Assembly (NCBI GenBank): GCA_013360215.1
Contig: JABWCP010000005.1
Span: 186,001 to 239,574 of the forward strand
From: a bacterium
Lineage (GTDB): Bacteria; CLD3; SB21
DNA length: 53,574 nt
Direction: 5' to 3'
Positions 37,006-47,100 of the stretch are shown here, piece after piece. The number at the start of each line of letters is the position of its first letter. Position 1 is the stretch's first letter. The position numbers were made by a program, and so were the translations under genes. The notes beneath the pieces were generated by a model, which ran no database searches, was not told the origin of the DNA, and saw nothing but the letters and a program-made list of their open reading frames with translations.

Positions 37006-37039
37006 AAAAATAAATCGGCTACAGCGAATCTGTAGCCGG
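37006..37039 (-). terminator. Rho-independent terminator
   Basis: CGGCTACAG-CGAAT-CTGTAGCCG stem followed on the minus strand by ATTTATTTTT. Confidence 0.72.
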
Positions 37040-37081
37040 ATAGGATGGCTAAATGTATGCAAATAATGAAACAGTAACCGA

Positions 37082-37450
37082 TTATTCTTTCGTTTTTAAC
37101 TCAGCAAGCCACGACGCCAACATTTTAAGTTCCTCTTCAGTACCTTTAAATTTTTTCATGTGTTTTTTACCTTCGATCGCTTCGAGCTTCTGAAGGTATT
37201 TTACTATAAAATCAGCATCTCGTTTTAACCCTACACCGGATAGATCGGAACCTTTGTTGTCTCCGGCGTCTTCGCCTTCGGCTTTTTTAGCTTCGATGGC
37301 CATGGATTTGATAGCATGACATGATTCACATTTAAAGGACAGAAATACCGCTTTACCGTCCGCCGGTTTAGCTTCTTGCGCATAAGCCTTGGAAGACAAC
37401 ATAAGAATCGTTGCAAAAAAAGCGATCGCGAAAGCAACTATACTTTTCAT
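37082..37450 (-). CDS. Periplasmic monoheme cytochrome c (copy 1)
   Basis: AGGAG RBS and ATG 37450, signal peptide, CESCH, DLSGVG, KKHM. Confidence 0.9.
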   Translation of the reverse strand: MKSIVAFAIAFFATILMLSSKAYAQEAKPADGKAVFLSFKCESCHAIKSMAIEAKKAEGEDAGDNKGSDLSGVGLKRDADFIVKYLQKLEAIEGKKHMKKFKGTEEELKMLASWLAELKTKE

Positions 37451-37534
37451 AACACTCCTTGATAAGTATTGATTAATCCGCCACACATGTCCTATGCACG
37501 CGACGCCCGTGCGGCGTAGTGAGAATAATTCATT

Positions 37535-38320
37535 TTATTGTGTCGTGCGAAGTCTGAAAATAAATGGATACGAAATCCACACTTTGACCGGGCGATTACC
37601 ATTGATTGCCGGTTTGAAACGCGCCTGCGACAAAGCATTCACCGCGGCTTCTTTAAACATATCATCGCCCTGAATGTAAACAACTTTGACAACGACTCCT
37701 TCTTCGTTAACCAATGCTTTCAAAAAAACTTTACCTTCAATACCGGCCTGACGAGCAATTTCAGGATATTCGGGTATTACTTTAGCCAATAATATCGGCG
37801 CTTGTTCGACCGGGATAAATTCGTCCATTCCGGGTTCATCGGAACTTTCATTGAGTCCGCGAAGCGATTCACTAATATCTACTTTTATTTCGCCTTCGCC
37901 GGCATTACCCAGCGAAAAGGACGAAGCGGCGATATTGGTCTTAATTTCTTCCTGAGTTTGTAACGTAACATCCGAGGGAGCTTCCGCATCTGGCACGACG
38001 ATGGGAATTCCCGCTATTACCTTTGGTATTTCGTTCATTTGAACATCCACCTTGACTGGTTCGGCCGTTTTTTCAAGCGGTGCCGCGCTTGTAAGCTCAT
38101 TGGCATCCACAAAACGAACCGTACGCATGGATATATCTTCTTTGAGAAGAACAGCGCTTACATAGTATGAAGTAATAAGTGCCGCATGTAACACAAACGC
38201 TATCGAAAGACCCTTCCACAGATTGATGCTGCTGATGTGGATTAGAAAATTACGGCCCGAGTCCGGGTGAAGTCCAAATCCTTCAAGACTTTCCAAATTG
38301 ATGACTTTTACATTCATCAT
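37535..38320 (-). CDS. tonB: Energy transducer TonB family protein
   Basis: GGAGGT RBS, TM helix with S...H (SIAFVLHA), C-terminal PEYPEIARQAGIEGKV...FKPA..G.PV. Confidence 0.85.
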   Translation of the reverse strand: MMNVKVINLESLEGFGLHPDSGRNFLIHISSINLWKGLSIAFVLHAALITSYYVSAVLLKEDISMRTVRFVDANELTSAAPLEKTAEPVKVDVQMNEIPKVIAGIPIVVPDAEAPSDVTLQTQEEIKTNIAASSFSLGNAGEGEIKVDISESLRGLNESSDEPGMDEFIPVEQAPILLAKVIPEYPEIARQAGIEGKVFLKALVNEEGVVVKVVYIQGDDMFKEAAVNALSQARFKPAINGNRPVKVWISYPFIFRLRTTQ

Positions 38321-38391
38321 AGAGCCGATCACCTCCTGCTACAAGGTAAAACGCAAAAGGCATAGAGAAAATGCCCGACGTCATCAGCTGT

Positions 38392-38407
38392 TTTGACTTA
38401 TGTCAAA
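38392..38407. promoter_or_regulatory. Palindrome TTTGAC-TTAT-GTCAAA (Fnr-box-like) upstream of tonB
   Basis: Perfect 6-bp arms with a 4-bp spacer. Confidence 0.5.
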
Positions 38408-38571
38408 GAATAGGCCTTAATAATAAAGATGTTACAACTATCTCGCCGCTAAATTACATTTTGGCAAATAGAGAAACGATTAAAAACAACACGGCATGGG
38501 TGTCGCGTTTTGAGAAAAGAGGGTATAACGAAATCCTTATTTACCCAATGATTTTTTCATGCGGGAAAAGA

Positions 38572-41500
38572 CTAAACGTTTTCTTTTTTAGGTTGTTCGA
38601 TAGGAAGTGTGAAAATAAATTCGGTACCTTTACCGGGACTGGTGTCCACATCGATTTTTCCGTTGTGTTTACCCACAATCTCATAGGCTAACGCAAGACC
38701 CAGCCCTGTGCCTTGACCGACGGGTTTCGTCGTAAAAAACGGATCAAATATTTTTTTCTTCACTTCTTCGCTCATTCCCATGCCCGTATCTTTGATGCGC
38801 ACACGAATATTTTTTTCATCCGCCATTTCTGTCGTTATCGTGATCGTACCCTGGCCTGGTGTCGCTTGTACGGCATTGACGATCGTATTCATAAAAACCT
38901 GATTGAGTTGACCGGGAAAACACTCGATCTGAGGTATTTCGCCATAGTTTTTTATGATTTCAATCCGGCCTTTGTATTGGTTTTTAGCGATAACCAAAGC
39001 ACTATTGATCAGTTTGTGCACATCGGACATACGGTAATCTTTGTGATCGGCTCGGGCAAAATTGAGCAGACCTTCTACGATTTCACCGATACGCTCGGTA
39101 GCCAGTTCGATCGGCGGCACAATCTCTTCTTGTATATTTTCAAGAGCCGCACGCATATCATTCGGATTTTGAGATTGAACCGCATCTTGCAATTTGCGAT
39201 ACAAAATAAACACATAATGATCCACCGTTGCCCGCGGCGTATTGACTTCATGTGCAATACCGGCCACCATCTGACCTAGGGATGACATTTTTTCGGCTTG
39301 AACAAGTTGGGACTGCGTTTTTTGCAGATCTTCCAGCGTTGTTTCAAGCTGTTCGGTTTTTTGGCGAAGTTGCGATGTGCGGTCAGCTACTTGTTTTTCT
39401 AAAAGCTGCTTCTGATGCAGCAACCTCCGCATACGCTGTTTGTACCACGTCACCGCTGAAAAAATCAACAGCGCTAAGGCCGCGATACGAAACCACCACG
39501 TCTGCCAGAACGGAGGCTGAATAACAATTTTAAGTTCAACGCCTTTTTCATTCCACACCAGATCGTTGTTCGACCCTTTGACGCGAAAAACATATGTACC
39601 GGGATCGACATTGGTATAATTAGCTTTGCGCTCGGTACCGATATTAACCCATCCGTTATCAAATCCTTCGAGACGGTACGCATATTGATTTTTTTCAGAA
39701 CTGGTATAGTTGAGTGCGGCAAACTCAAATGAGAAAAAATTCTGTTTATACGAAAGCTCAACGACCGGAAGATCATTGATATCCTTGCCCAACGCTACCG
39801 GTTTTTCGAAAATTTTGAACTGCGTCAGAACCACGTTAGGAATATTGGGATTATCGCTTACGCTGTCGGGATGAAACCGGTTAAAACCCCGGATACCTCC
39901 AAAATACATTTCTCCGTTTTGCGCTTTATACGCCGAACCGTTTCTAAATTCGTTACTTTGTAACCCGTCACTGACATCATACACACGAAACACCCCGGAT
40001 GAACCCGATGCATCAGACGGTATAAAGCGTGTAAGCCCTTTATTCCCGCTTATCCAAAGACGATTTTTAGCATCACAAAGCAATCCGTAGATAATATCGC
40101 TGGGTAACCCTTCTTTTGTAGTATAGTGCTGAAACGTAGATTGTATGCGATCAAAACGATTGAGCCCGCCGGTCGTTCCTATCCATAGCGTACCTGACGT
40201 GTCTTCCGTAATGGCGCGGATATTATTATGACTGATAGTAGACAGATTGCGCGGATCATGCAAATAGTGACGAAACGCCGTTTCACCCGGCAAACGCACA
40301 CTCAAACCGCCTTGGGTACCCACCCACAATGCACCGCTCCGATCCTGATAAAGCACTTTGGCCACGTTATTACGTAAAGAAGCCGGATCATCAGGATTGT
40401 TTTGATAATGAATAAAACCGTTTTTTTGCGGATCAAACAGATCGAGACCATTCATCGTACCTACCCATATATGCCCGTCGCGATCTTCGAGTAATGTAAT
40501 GATTCGATTTTCGATCAGCGACGCGGGATCTACGGAATGTTTATAAGACGCGACAAACCGGCCGCTTGCGCGATCAAAACGACGCAAACCGCTGCCGTAA
40601 CTTCCAACCCATAAATTACCTTTGCTGTCTTCCAGAAGACAGTTATAGCTGTTATCCGCATTATTTTTGAGTGACGCATCCGCAAAATAGTTATTAAACG
40701 TATTTTTTACGGGATCTAATTGATTGAGTCCGTATTCGGTTGCAACCCATATTTGTTTTTTGACATCCTCATAAAACGACCAAACTACATTATTGCTTAA
40801 GGATGTTTTATTCTTAGCATCGCTCACGTAGAGGGAAAATTTTTGCTGATGCGGATCAAACCGGGACACACCACCGCCATAGGTGCCAAACCAAAGACGC
40901 TGGGCATTATCTTCAAAAATCGTATTGACATAGCTGTGACTAATACTGCTTTTGTCGGTCGGATCATTGACAAAACGCATAAATCGTTTTTCTTCGCGGT
41001 CGTAGCGATTAAGCCCGCTTTGGGTACCTACCCAGATCACACCCGCATGATCCTCAAAGACCGACCATACCATGTTATGGGAAAGACTTGCCGGATCGGA
41101 AGGATTATTCGTAAACGTCACAAAACGATCGGTAGCCGGGTCATACATATTAAGCCCTTCTGCCGTGCCAATCCAAATCATTCCACCATGGTCCTCGCAA
41201 AGGCTTAATATGTTTTCGTGAATGATTTTTCCTGTTCCGATCCCGTATTCAAATTTTACTGTTTTTCCTGTCGCCAATTCGTGCGCTATCAAACCCTTAT
41301 TCGTTCCTATCCAAATTCGACCTTTGGTGTCAAAAAGCATCGCATTTACTTGGCGCGAGGGTAACGCTTTGCCGATGGGTGTTGACTTATCCTGATGGGT
41401 AAATACGCCCGTGGTTTTATCAAGCATATCCAAACCGCCGGATGTAGCCAACCACAAATTACCGGACGTATCTTCAGCGATGAAGTTTACACGATTGCTG

Positions 41501-41883
41501 TTGATGGAGTTCGAATTTTTAGAGTCATGACGATATATGACAAATGATTCTTTATCACGATCAAAACGACACAATCCTCCGTCGGCCGTACCGATCCATA
41601 ATAAACCGCTGCGATCTTTGAAAACCTTGAGAATTCGGTTATCCGAGAGTGACGCCGTATCCAAATGGTTGTTTTTGTAAACGGTAAAGTTGTAACCGTC
41701 GTAACGATTCAGACCATCTTGTGTACCAAACCATAAAAAACCCCGGCTATCTTGTACGATGCTATATACTACGGTTTGCGACAAACCCTGCTCTATCGAA
41801 AGTGTCTCAAACGTAATGTTTTGCTGTGCGTGCAGAGCTGACAACCAAAACAGCACCGTACCAATAAAAAACCGACGAATCAT
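38572..41883 (-). CDS. Membrane sensor histidine kinase with beta-propellers and Y_Y_Y domain (paralog of 20088-23513)
   Basis: Reg_prop repeats, YTNVDPGTYVF, PPFWQTWWF, AGIAHEVNTP, DTG.G / PFFTTK / GTGLGL. Confidence 0.93.
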   Translation of the reverse strand: MIRRFFIGTVLFWLSALHAQQNITFETLSIEQGLSQTVVYSIVQDSRGFLWFGTQDGLNRYDGYNFTVYKNNHLDTASLSDNRILKVFKDRSGLLWIGTADGGLCRFDRDKESFVIYRHDSKNSNSINSNRVNFIAEDTSGNLWLATSGGLDMLDKTTGVFTHQDKSTPIGKALPSRQVNAMLFDTKGRIWIGTNKGLIAHELATGKTVKFEYGIGTGKIIHENILSLCEDHGGMIWIGTAEGLNMYDPATDRFVTFTNNPSDPASLSHNMVWSVFEDHAGVIWVGTQSGLNRYDREEKRFMRFVNDPTDKSSISHSYVNTIFEDNAQRLWFGTYGGGVSRFDPHQQKFSLYVSDAKNKTSLSNNVVWSFYEDVKKQIWVATEYGLNQLDPVKNTFNNYFADASLKNNADNSYNCLLEDSKGNLWVGSYGSGLRRFDRASGRFVASYKHSVDPASLIENRIITLLEDRDGHIWVGTMNGLDLFDPQKNGFIHYQNNPDDPASLRNNVAKVLYQDRSGALWVGTQGGLSVRLPGETAFRHYLHDPRNLSTISHNNIRAITEDTSGTLWIGTTGGLNRFDRIQSTFQHYTTKEGLPSDIIYGLLCDAKNRLWISGNKGLTRFIPSDASGSSGVFRVYDVSDGLQSNEFRNGSAYKAQNGEMYFGGIRGFNRFHPDSVSDNPNIPNVVLTQFKIFEKPVALGKDINDLPVVELSYKQNFFSFEFAALNYTSSEKNQYAYRLEGFDNGWVNIGTERKANYTNVDPGTYVFRVKGSNNDLVWNEKGVELKIVIQPPFWQTWWFRIAALALLIFSAVTWYKQRMRRLLHQKQLLEKQVADRTSQLRQKTEQLETTLEDLQKTQSQLVQAEKMSSLGQMVAGIAHEVNTPRATVDHYVFILYRKLQDAVQSQNPNDMRAALENIQEEIVPPIELATERIGEIVEGLLNFARADHKDYRMSDVHKLINSALVIAKNQYKGRIEIIKNYGEIPQIECFPGQLNQVFMNTIVNAVQATPGQGTITITTEMADEKNIRVRIKDTGMGMSEEVKKKIFDPFFTTKPVGQGTGLGLALAYEIVGKHNGKIDVDTSPGKGTEFIFTLPIEQPKKENV

Positions 41884-41895
41884 GTGGGGAAGCCT

Positions 41896-42294
41896 TTACA
41901 AGTTAACCATGGTTTTAGATTTTTCGACTCCGGAGGCAATCGTTTTATACAGAAGTTTAGTGGGACAAGACTTGGTAAGAAACTCGTTGATAACCTTGGA
42001 TGCAATCATTTTGATCATGTCTTTTTCCATTTCGGAATAACCGGAATAGATGATCTTATAGTATTGCTTATCGCCATGCTCTTCTTTAATTTTTTGGAAA
42101 AACTCCAGGCCGTTCATTTCCGGCATGCGATGGTCACTGATGATGAGATTGACTTTATGCGTTTTCAAAAGGCCCAGCGCTTGAAAGGGGCTTGTGGTCG
42201 TCAGAACTTCGTAATCATTTTCAAACAACAGTTTGAGTGATTTAAGAATTTCGGCGTCATCGTCAAGACACAAAATACAGGGCTTCACAGACAT
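41896..42294 (-). CDS. Single-domain response regulator (receiver only)
   Basis: LDDD, IISDHRMPEMNG, SG, FLTK. Confidence 0.9.
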   Translation of the reverse strand: MSVKPCILCLDDDAEILKSLKLLFENDYEVLTTTSPFQALGLLKTHKVNLIISDHRMPEMNGLEFFQKIKEEHGDKQYYKIIYSGYSEMEKDMIKMIASKVINEFLTKSCPTKLLYKTIASGVEKSKTMVNL

Positions 42295-42433
42295 GAGACA
42301 CTCCGTTTGAATAATATATTAATGAATTAATTATCGGTATCAGACAGGCTTTAAAAGAGGCAGCGTTTATGGATTTTTTTATAGTGAAACGCGAACAATC
42401 TAATCAAAACAAAAGGAAGTCTCAAGAACATTA

Positions 42434-42772
42434 ATGCCCATGAAAGATAAAAATTCAAAAATCGTGTATTCTACTGACCCTAACTATACTGATAATGAGC
42501 CGCAAGAAGAAAGTTCTTCACCACGCGAAAAAAATTACTTCCTTAAGATGTATCTTGATCGAAAACAACGCGCAGGTAAAAGTGTTACCGTATTAGAGGG
42601 ATTCACAGAATCCGCGGATGACATAGCACAGCTTGCCAAGCGTCTGAAAAATTTATGCGCAAGCGGTGGCACAGCTAAAGATCGTCTTATCGAAATTCAG
42701 GGCGATCATCGCGACAAAATCGAAAAAGAAATGACTAAATTAGGTTATAAAATCAAACGCAGCGGTGGGTGA
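42434..42772 (+). CDS. yciH: Translation initiation factor SUI1/YciH family
   Basis: IVYSTDP, R.GK.VT, LK..C..GGT.KD..IEIQGDHRD, SGG terminus. Confidence 0.92.
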   Translation: MPMKDKNSKIVYSTDPNYTDNEPQEESSSPREKNYFLKMYLDRKQRAGKSVTVLEGFTESADDIAQLAKRLKNLCASGGTAKDRLIEIQGDHRDKIEKEMTKLGYKIKRSGG

Positions 42773-42871
42773 CATTTAATCGAAATAACTGTTTTATATC
42801 ATAATTTTGTTATGGCGTACGTTTGTATCACTGTTCACTGAAAAACATTTTCGTCATTTTAAAGCCTGCGG

Positions 42872-43345
42872 TCAATTGTGTGAAACCGGATTGCCTTCAC
42901 TACCGACAAACAACGCCTGCAAATTGAGTGAGGGAGCGCGGCGATTGCTAGCCAGTGCCACATAAGTCTGACCCAGTCGGTCTTTGGCGGCGCCTAATAT
43001 AGTACTGACCACACCCAGCGCATGTCCAAGGATAGCCGGATTAATCTTCCCGATGATTCTCTGCCATAATGCTTCCTCCAGCACATTGATCGCCGTTTGC
43101 GTTTCATGAAGATCATAACCCGACTGGAAGCGCTCACCGGCTATGATTTCAATGTGATCCGTGAGGCGCGTCAGGTTTTTGGAGTGTGCCGCGTCGGCAA
43201 TCAGATCATAAAGATCTTCCAATCTTTGACGCGACACCACCGCCCCGGCCTGACGGTAATGCGATAAATGCGCTCGTTCCATCGCGGCCACAGCCTCTTC
43301 GATGATTTCAGAACGCTCATCTTCCAACAAAGCTTCGAGTGTCAT
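42872..43345 (-). CDS. Stand-alone RsbRD-N-like (non-heme globin-fold) protein
   Basis: All-helical; L...R.EII...., IA.ERF.SGY.L.E.Q.A...LEEALW pattern; GAGGT RBS before ATG 43345. Confidence 0.6.
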   Translation of the reverse strand: MTLEALLEDERSEIIEEAVAAMERAHLSHYRQAGAVVSRQRLEDLYDLIADAAHSKNLTRLTDHIEIIAGERFQSGYDLHETQTAINVLEEALWQRIIGKINPAILGHALGVVSTILGAAKDRLGQTYVALASNRRAPSLNLQALFVGSEGNPVSHN

Positions 43346-43423
43346 AACCACCTCAAAACTAATAGTTAATAATCAGCCGATATAACCGGCAATGTAAAAT
43401 ACAAACAAACTCTGTCGCGTAGT

Positions 43424-43437
43424 ATGATGAGGGTCAG
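43424..43437 (-). promoter_or_regulatory. Crp/Fnr-like site ATGAT-GAGG-GTCAG
   Basis: Centre 43430.5 is -41.5 if minus-strand TATTTT (43401-43396) is the -10 element. Confidence 0.4.
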
Positions 43438-43458
43438 GAAAGCGAAGATAGCTCAGTT

Positions 43459-43495
43459 AAAAAGAAGCGCCGAGCACCATAAGGCATCCCGGCGT
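43459..43495 (-). terminator. Rho-independent terminator
   Basis: Minus strand CGCCGGGATGCC-TTAT-GGTGCTCGGCG followed by CTTCTTTTT. Confidence 0.6.
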
Positions 43496-43525
43496 TAAAA
43501 AAATTTAGTATAGCAAACACATAGA

Positions 43526-44113
43526 TTAGTATAACCATCGTCGCGCCATAACCTCCGCCGAAAGAGATTCTAATTTATCTGAAAGCACGTCGGCGATATT
43601 GACGGCGTTGATATCCGTCGTATAATTCGGCTCCAATTCACGAATTTTGGCATAGCATTGCGAATAATTTGACGCATGCAAATATGAAGACGCCTGATAC
43701 CAAATCAGATCGCTATGCGTAACGGATGATTTATGTGAAAATGTATAGGCATTATCATGACGAAGCACAAACTGCGCATACATTATAGCGGATGGATAAT
43801 CCTCAAGCGACCAACTCACAGCGCACCAACCCGCATACGCATCGCTTAAGCTGTCACCGCTGACGTTCTGAAAATATGTATGTGCTGTCGCCGCCTGATT
43901 TTCATCTATCGCACACCAACCCAAACCTACAAACGCTTCGGCATTGCCTATGGCGGATTGTTCGGCGAAAATAATTTTCGCTTCCGAAACATTTCCTTCC
44001 TCGTACAGAGTCCATGCTTTCTCGATCGCATCGGGATCCGCTTCGGCAGGACCACAAGCATTAAATATTAAGGCACCGGCAACGAGCCCCATGAATAATT
44101 TTGAACGTTTCAT
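43526..44113 (-). CDS. TPR-like lipoprotein
   Basis: AGGAG RBS, FNAC lipobox, AW.LY..G...EA...F, EAFVGLGW, DAYAG TPR patterns. Confidence 0.78.
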   Translation of the reverse strand: MKRSKLFMGLVAGALIFNACGPAEADPDAIEKAWTLYEEGNVSEAKIIFAEQSAIGNAEAFVGLGWCAIDENQAATAHTYFQNVSGDSLSDAYAGWCAVSWSLEDYPSAIMYAQFVLRHDNAYTFSHKSSVTHSDLIWYQASSYLHASNYSQCYAKIRELEPNYTTDINAVNIADVLSDKLESLSAEVMARRWLY

Positions 44114-44135
44114 ATATGATATCTCCTGTTTTTTC

Positions 44136-47100
44136 TTATTTGATCAACATCATTTTACGTGTGACCAATCCGCTTTTTGTTTCAAGACGGTAAATATACA
44201 CACCGCTGGCTGAAAGCTGACCTGCCGCGTTACGGCCATCCCATACGATCTTATGATAACCGGCTTCGCGTTTTTCGTCCACCAGTGTTTTGACGAGTTG
44301 ACCTAAAAGATTGTACACCGCGATTTTAACGTTTCCATTTTCCGTAAGGCCAAACTCAATCGTCGTGGACGGATTAAACGGATTGGGATAATTTTGCGCG
44401 AGTTCCAGACGATCCGGCACAACGACATGCCCTGCGCGATACAGCGCGACGTACGTACCATAGTGAGCGACCTTTGCACGCACTTCGTATCCGTCCGACT
44501 GACCGCCTACGTATTCATATCCCATATCGGTTTTTCGGTAGATACCGATTTGTCGCTTATCAAATTGCGATTGAACGGATGCCTCTGCGAACATCTCTTT
44601 ATCAAGTCGGATCACTAAGTTTAATACATCACTTATTTCTGTCGTACCGTGGATACTTACAGACGTGCTTACCAATATTTCGTTTAATTCCTCTTCCGTA
44701 TTTTCACCCATGAGGATAAATCCATCGGACGACTTCATCCGCCCATTAGACGAAAGAAAAACCGAAGTTGATTTCAGCGCCAGTGTGTGTGATTTTGAAA
44801 CTGCAGCAACCTGATAAATTCGCTGAACCGAACGCGTATTGCCGGCCGCATCTTGTGCGTTAATAGCTACAGCAAGGCTGCCTTCCGTATTCATTTGATA
44901 CTTACCGGTATAAAGCGTACCCACGCCCACACGCTGGAGTGATACGGTACGATTATCCGTAACCGTATTTGCTGTGTTTTTCATCGTTACTTGCGCTTGC
45001 ACGGTTCCGGAGAGCACTTCGCTGGAATAAACCTGTAAATCAATGTATGATTTCAAAATCGGGCCTTGATTGAACCAAAGACTAAGCACTGGGCGCTTGG
45101 CATCTACCGTAAAACTTTGAACGTTGGACACCGTGTTCCCGCCATGGCCATCATGCGCCGTGATGCGCCAGAAATACGACTGTGCGCTGTCCAGATCGGA
45201 TGCCGGTGTGTAGCTCGTATCGGACGTCGAAGCATTGATCACTGCAGAAGCAAATGTATTATTCGTGGATACCTCTATCGTGTATGACAGCACATCACCA
45301 TCCTGATCTATAGCTTTGCGCCAAACAAAAGCAGGACGAAGCGCTGTAAGCAGGCCATTATTTAAAGGCGTGACTAAAGTAAACGCCGACGGCGCATCGT
45401 TAACAGGATTAATTGTGACGGTAAACGTATCCGAAATCGCTACCAAGCCATCCGAGACCGATACAATAACCTTTGGCGTACCGCTAAATTGGGAAGTACT
45501 TGTAAGGTACAGTGTATCATTTTGTATGGAAGTTGAAACGCCAGCTTCCGCCGTCGCCGTAAAGGTCAACGCATCAAGATCCGAATCCGTAAAGAACTGC
45601 GTCAAAACACTATGGCGTATGCGCCCAAAATCTTCATTGAGTGTAGTATCGCGCAGCATCTGGGCAAGTACAGGCGAATGATTGGTAGAAAACACATTGA
45701 CGATCAAGGTATCGGCAACCGTATATTCGCCGTCAGATGCCGTGACACGTAACGTGGACGCACCTGTAAAACCATTTGTACTGATAAGATACAGCGTATC
45801 GTTTTGAATCAGACCGTTGACTCCGGCATTGAGCGTCGAAACGGCATAATTGAGCGTTCCATTATCTATGTCATTGAAAACTGCCGATAACTTATCTGCG
45901 TAGGTTTTACCGAAATCCTGTGCTAAATCCCTGTCTGCGATCTGATTGGTCCGGTTCGGCGCATCATTGACCGGTGTAACGATCACATTGATCGTGTCGG
46001 CGACGCTGTTTCCGTAACTATCTTGCGCCTGGATACGCACGACGGCTGTTCCGTTAAAATCGGCCACTCCGCTAAGATATAGCGAATCTTGTGCGATGAT
46101 CGCAGAAACGCCGGAAGAAAGGATATGGGATGAATAACTCAGATTAACATCATCCACATCATTGAAAAAGTCATTCAATCGATACATCTGCGTTTTGGCG
46201 AAATCCTCAGTGAATGTGGTATCGCGCAAACTTTGAACAAGCGTAGGCTGGAAGTTTTCCGGATTGACGGTGACATAAAATGTATCTGTCACCGAATATT
46301 CCGCGTCATGTGCTGTTACAAGAATTCCCACATTACCCACAAAACCACCAACACTGATAATATAAAGACTGTCACCGGAAACTTCCGTATTGACACCCGC
46401 TTGCAAAGCGGTCGCTGTCATCGTAAGCGCATCATTGTCCGCATCGTTAAACACGTTCGAACTTTTTTCGACATATGATTTTCCAAAATCCACCGTTTTA
46501 GTGATGTCCGCTATATGCGCGATGCGTTGCGGCGCATCATTTACATTGGTTATCTCTACAGCCAACGTATCGCTGACCGATAGCGCACCGTCAGAGGCTA
46601 TTAGGCGAAGAAGAATATTACCGTAAAAATCTTTTGCACTTTGCAGATACAGGCTATCATTGGTGATTGTCGTTGTCCCGCTACCGGCGATAACTTGACT
46701 ACTATAAATAAGCGTCGAAGATTCGACATCTGTGAAGTGCGAATTGAGCTCCGCGATAAAAGTTTTTCCGATATCCTCGCTCCACGTCGTATCGCGTAAC
46801 GACTGCATCACAGTGGGTGTATAGTTGAATGGGACAACGGAAACTGTCAACGTATCTACAAGAGTATATTGGGTATCGGAAGCCGTGATCCGCAAAAACG
46901 CATCACCGAGGAATCCGGCTACGCTTTCGGCATACAGCGTGTCACCGGAAATATAGGTAACAACATTACCGCTCACTACGGACACGGTGTATGAAAGCGC
47001 CGCATCATCCGGATCGGAAAAATAGTTCGGTAAATAACCTAAAGCCGTTTTGTCAAAATTTTCCACCAACGTTTGGTTATTGAGCGCTGTCGTTTGCACG

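Noticed and set aside
38371-38691. 106-aa plus-strand ORF
   Set aside because: Overlaps the kinase 3' end in antisense and the tonB promoter region; no protein features.
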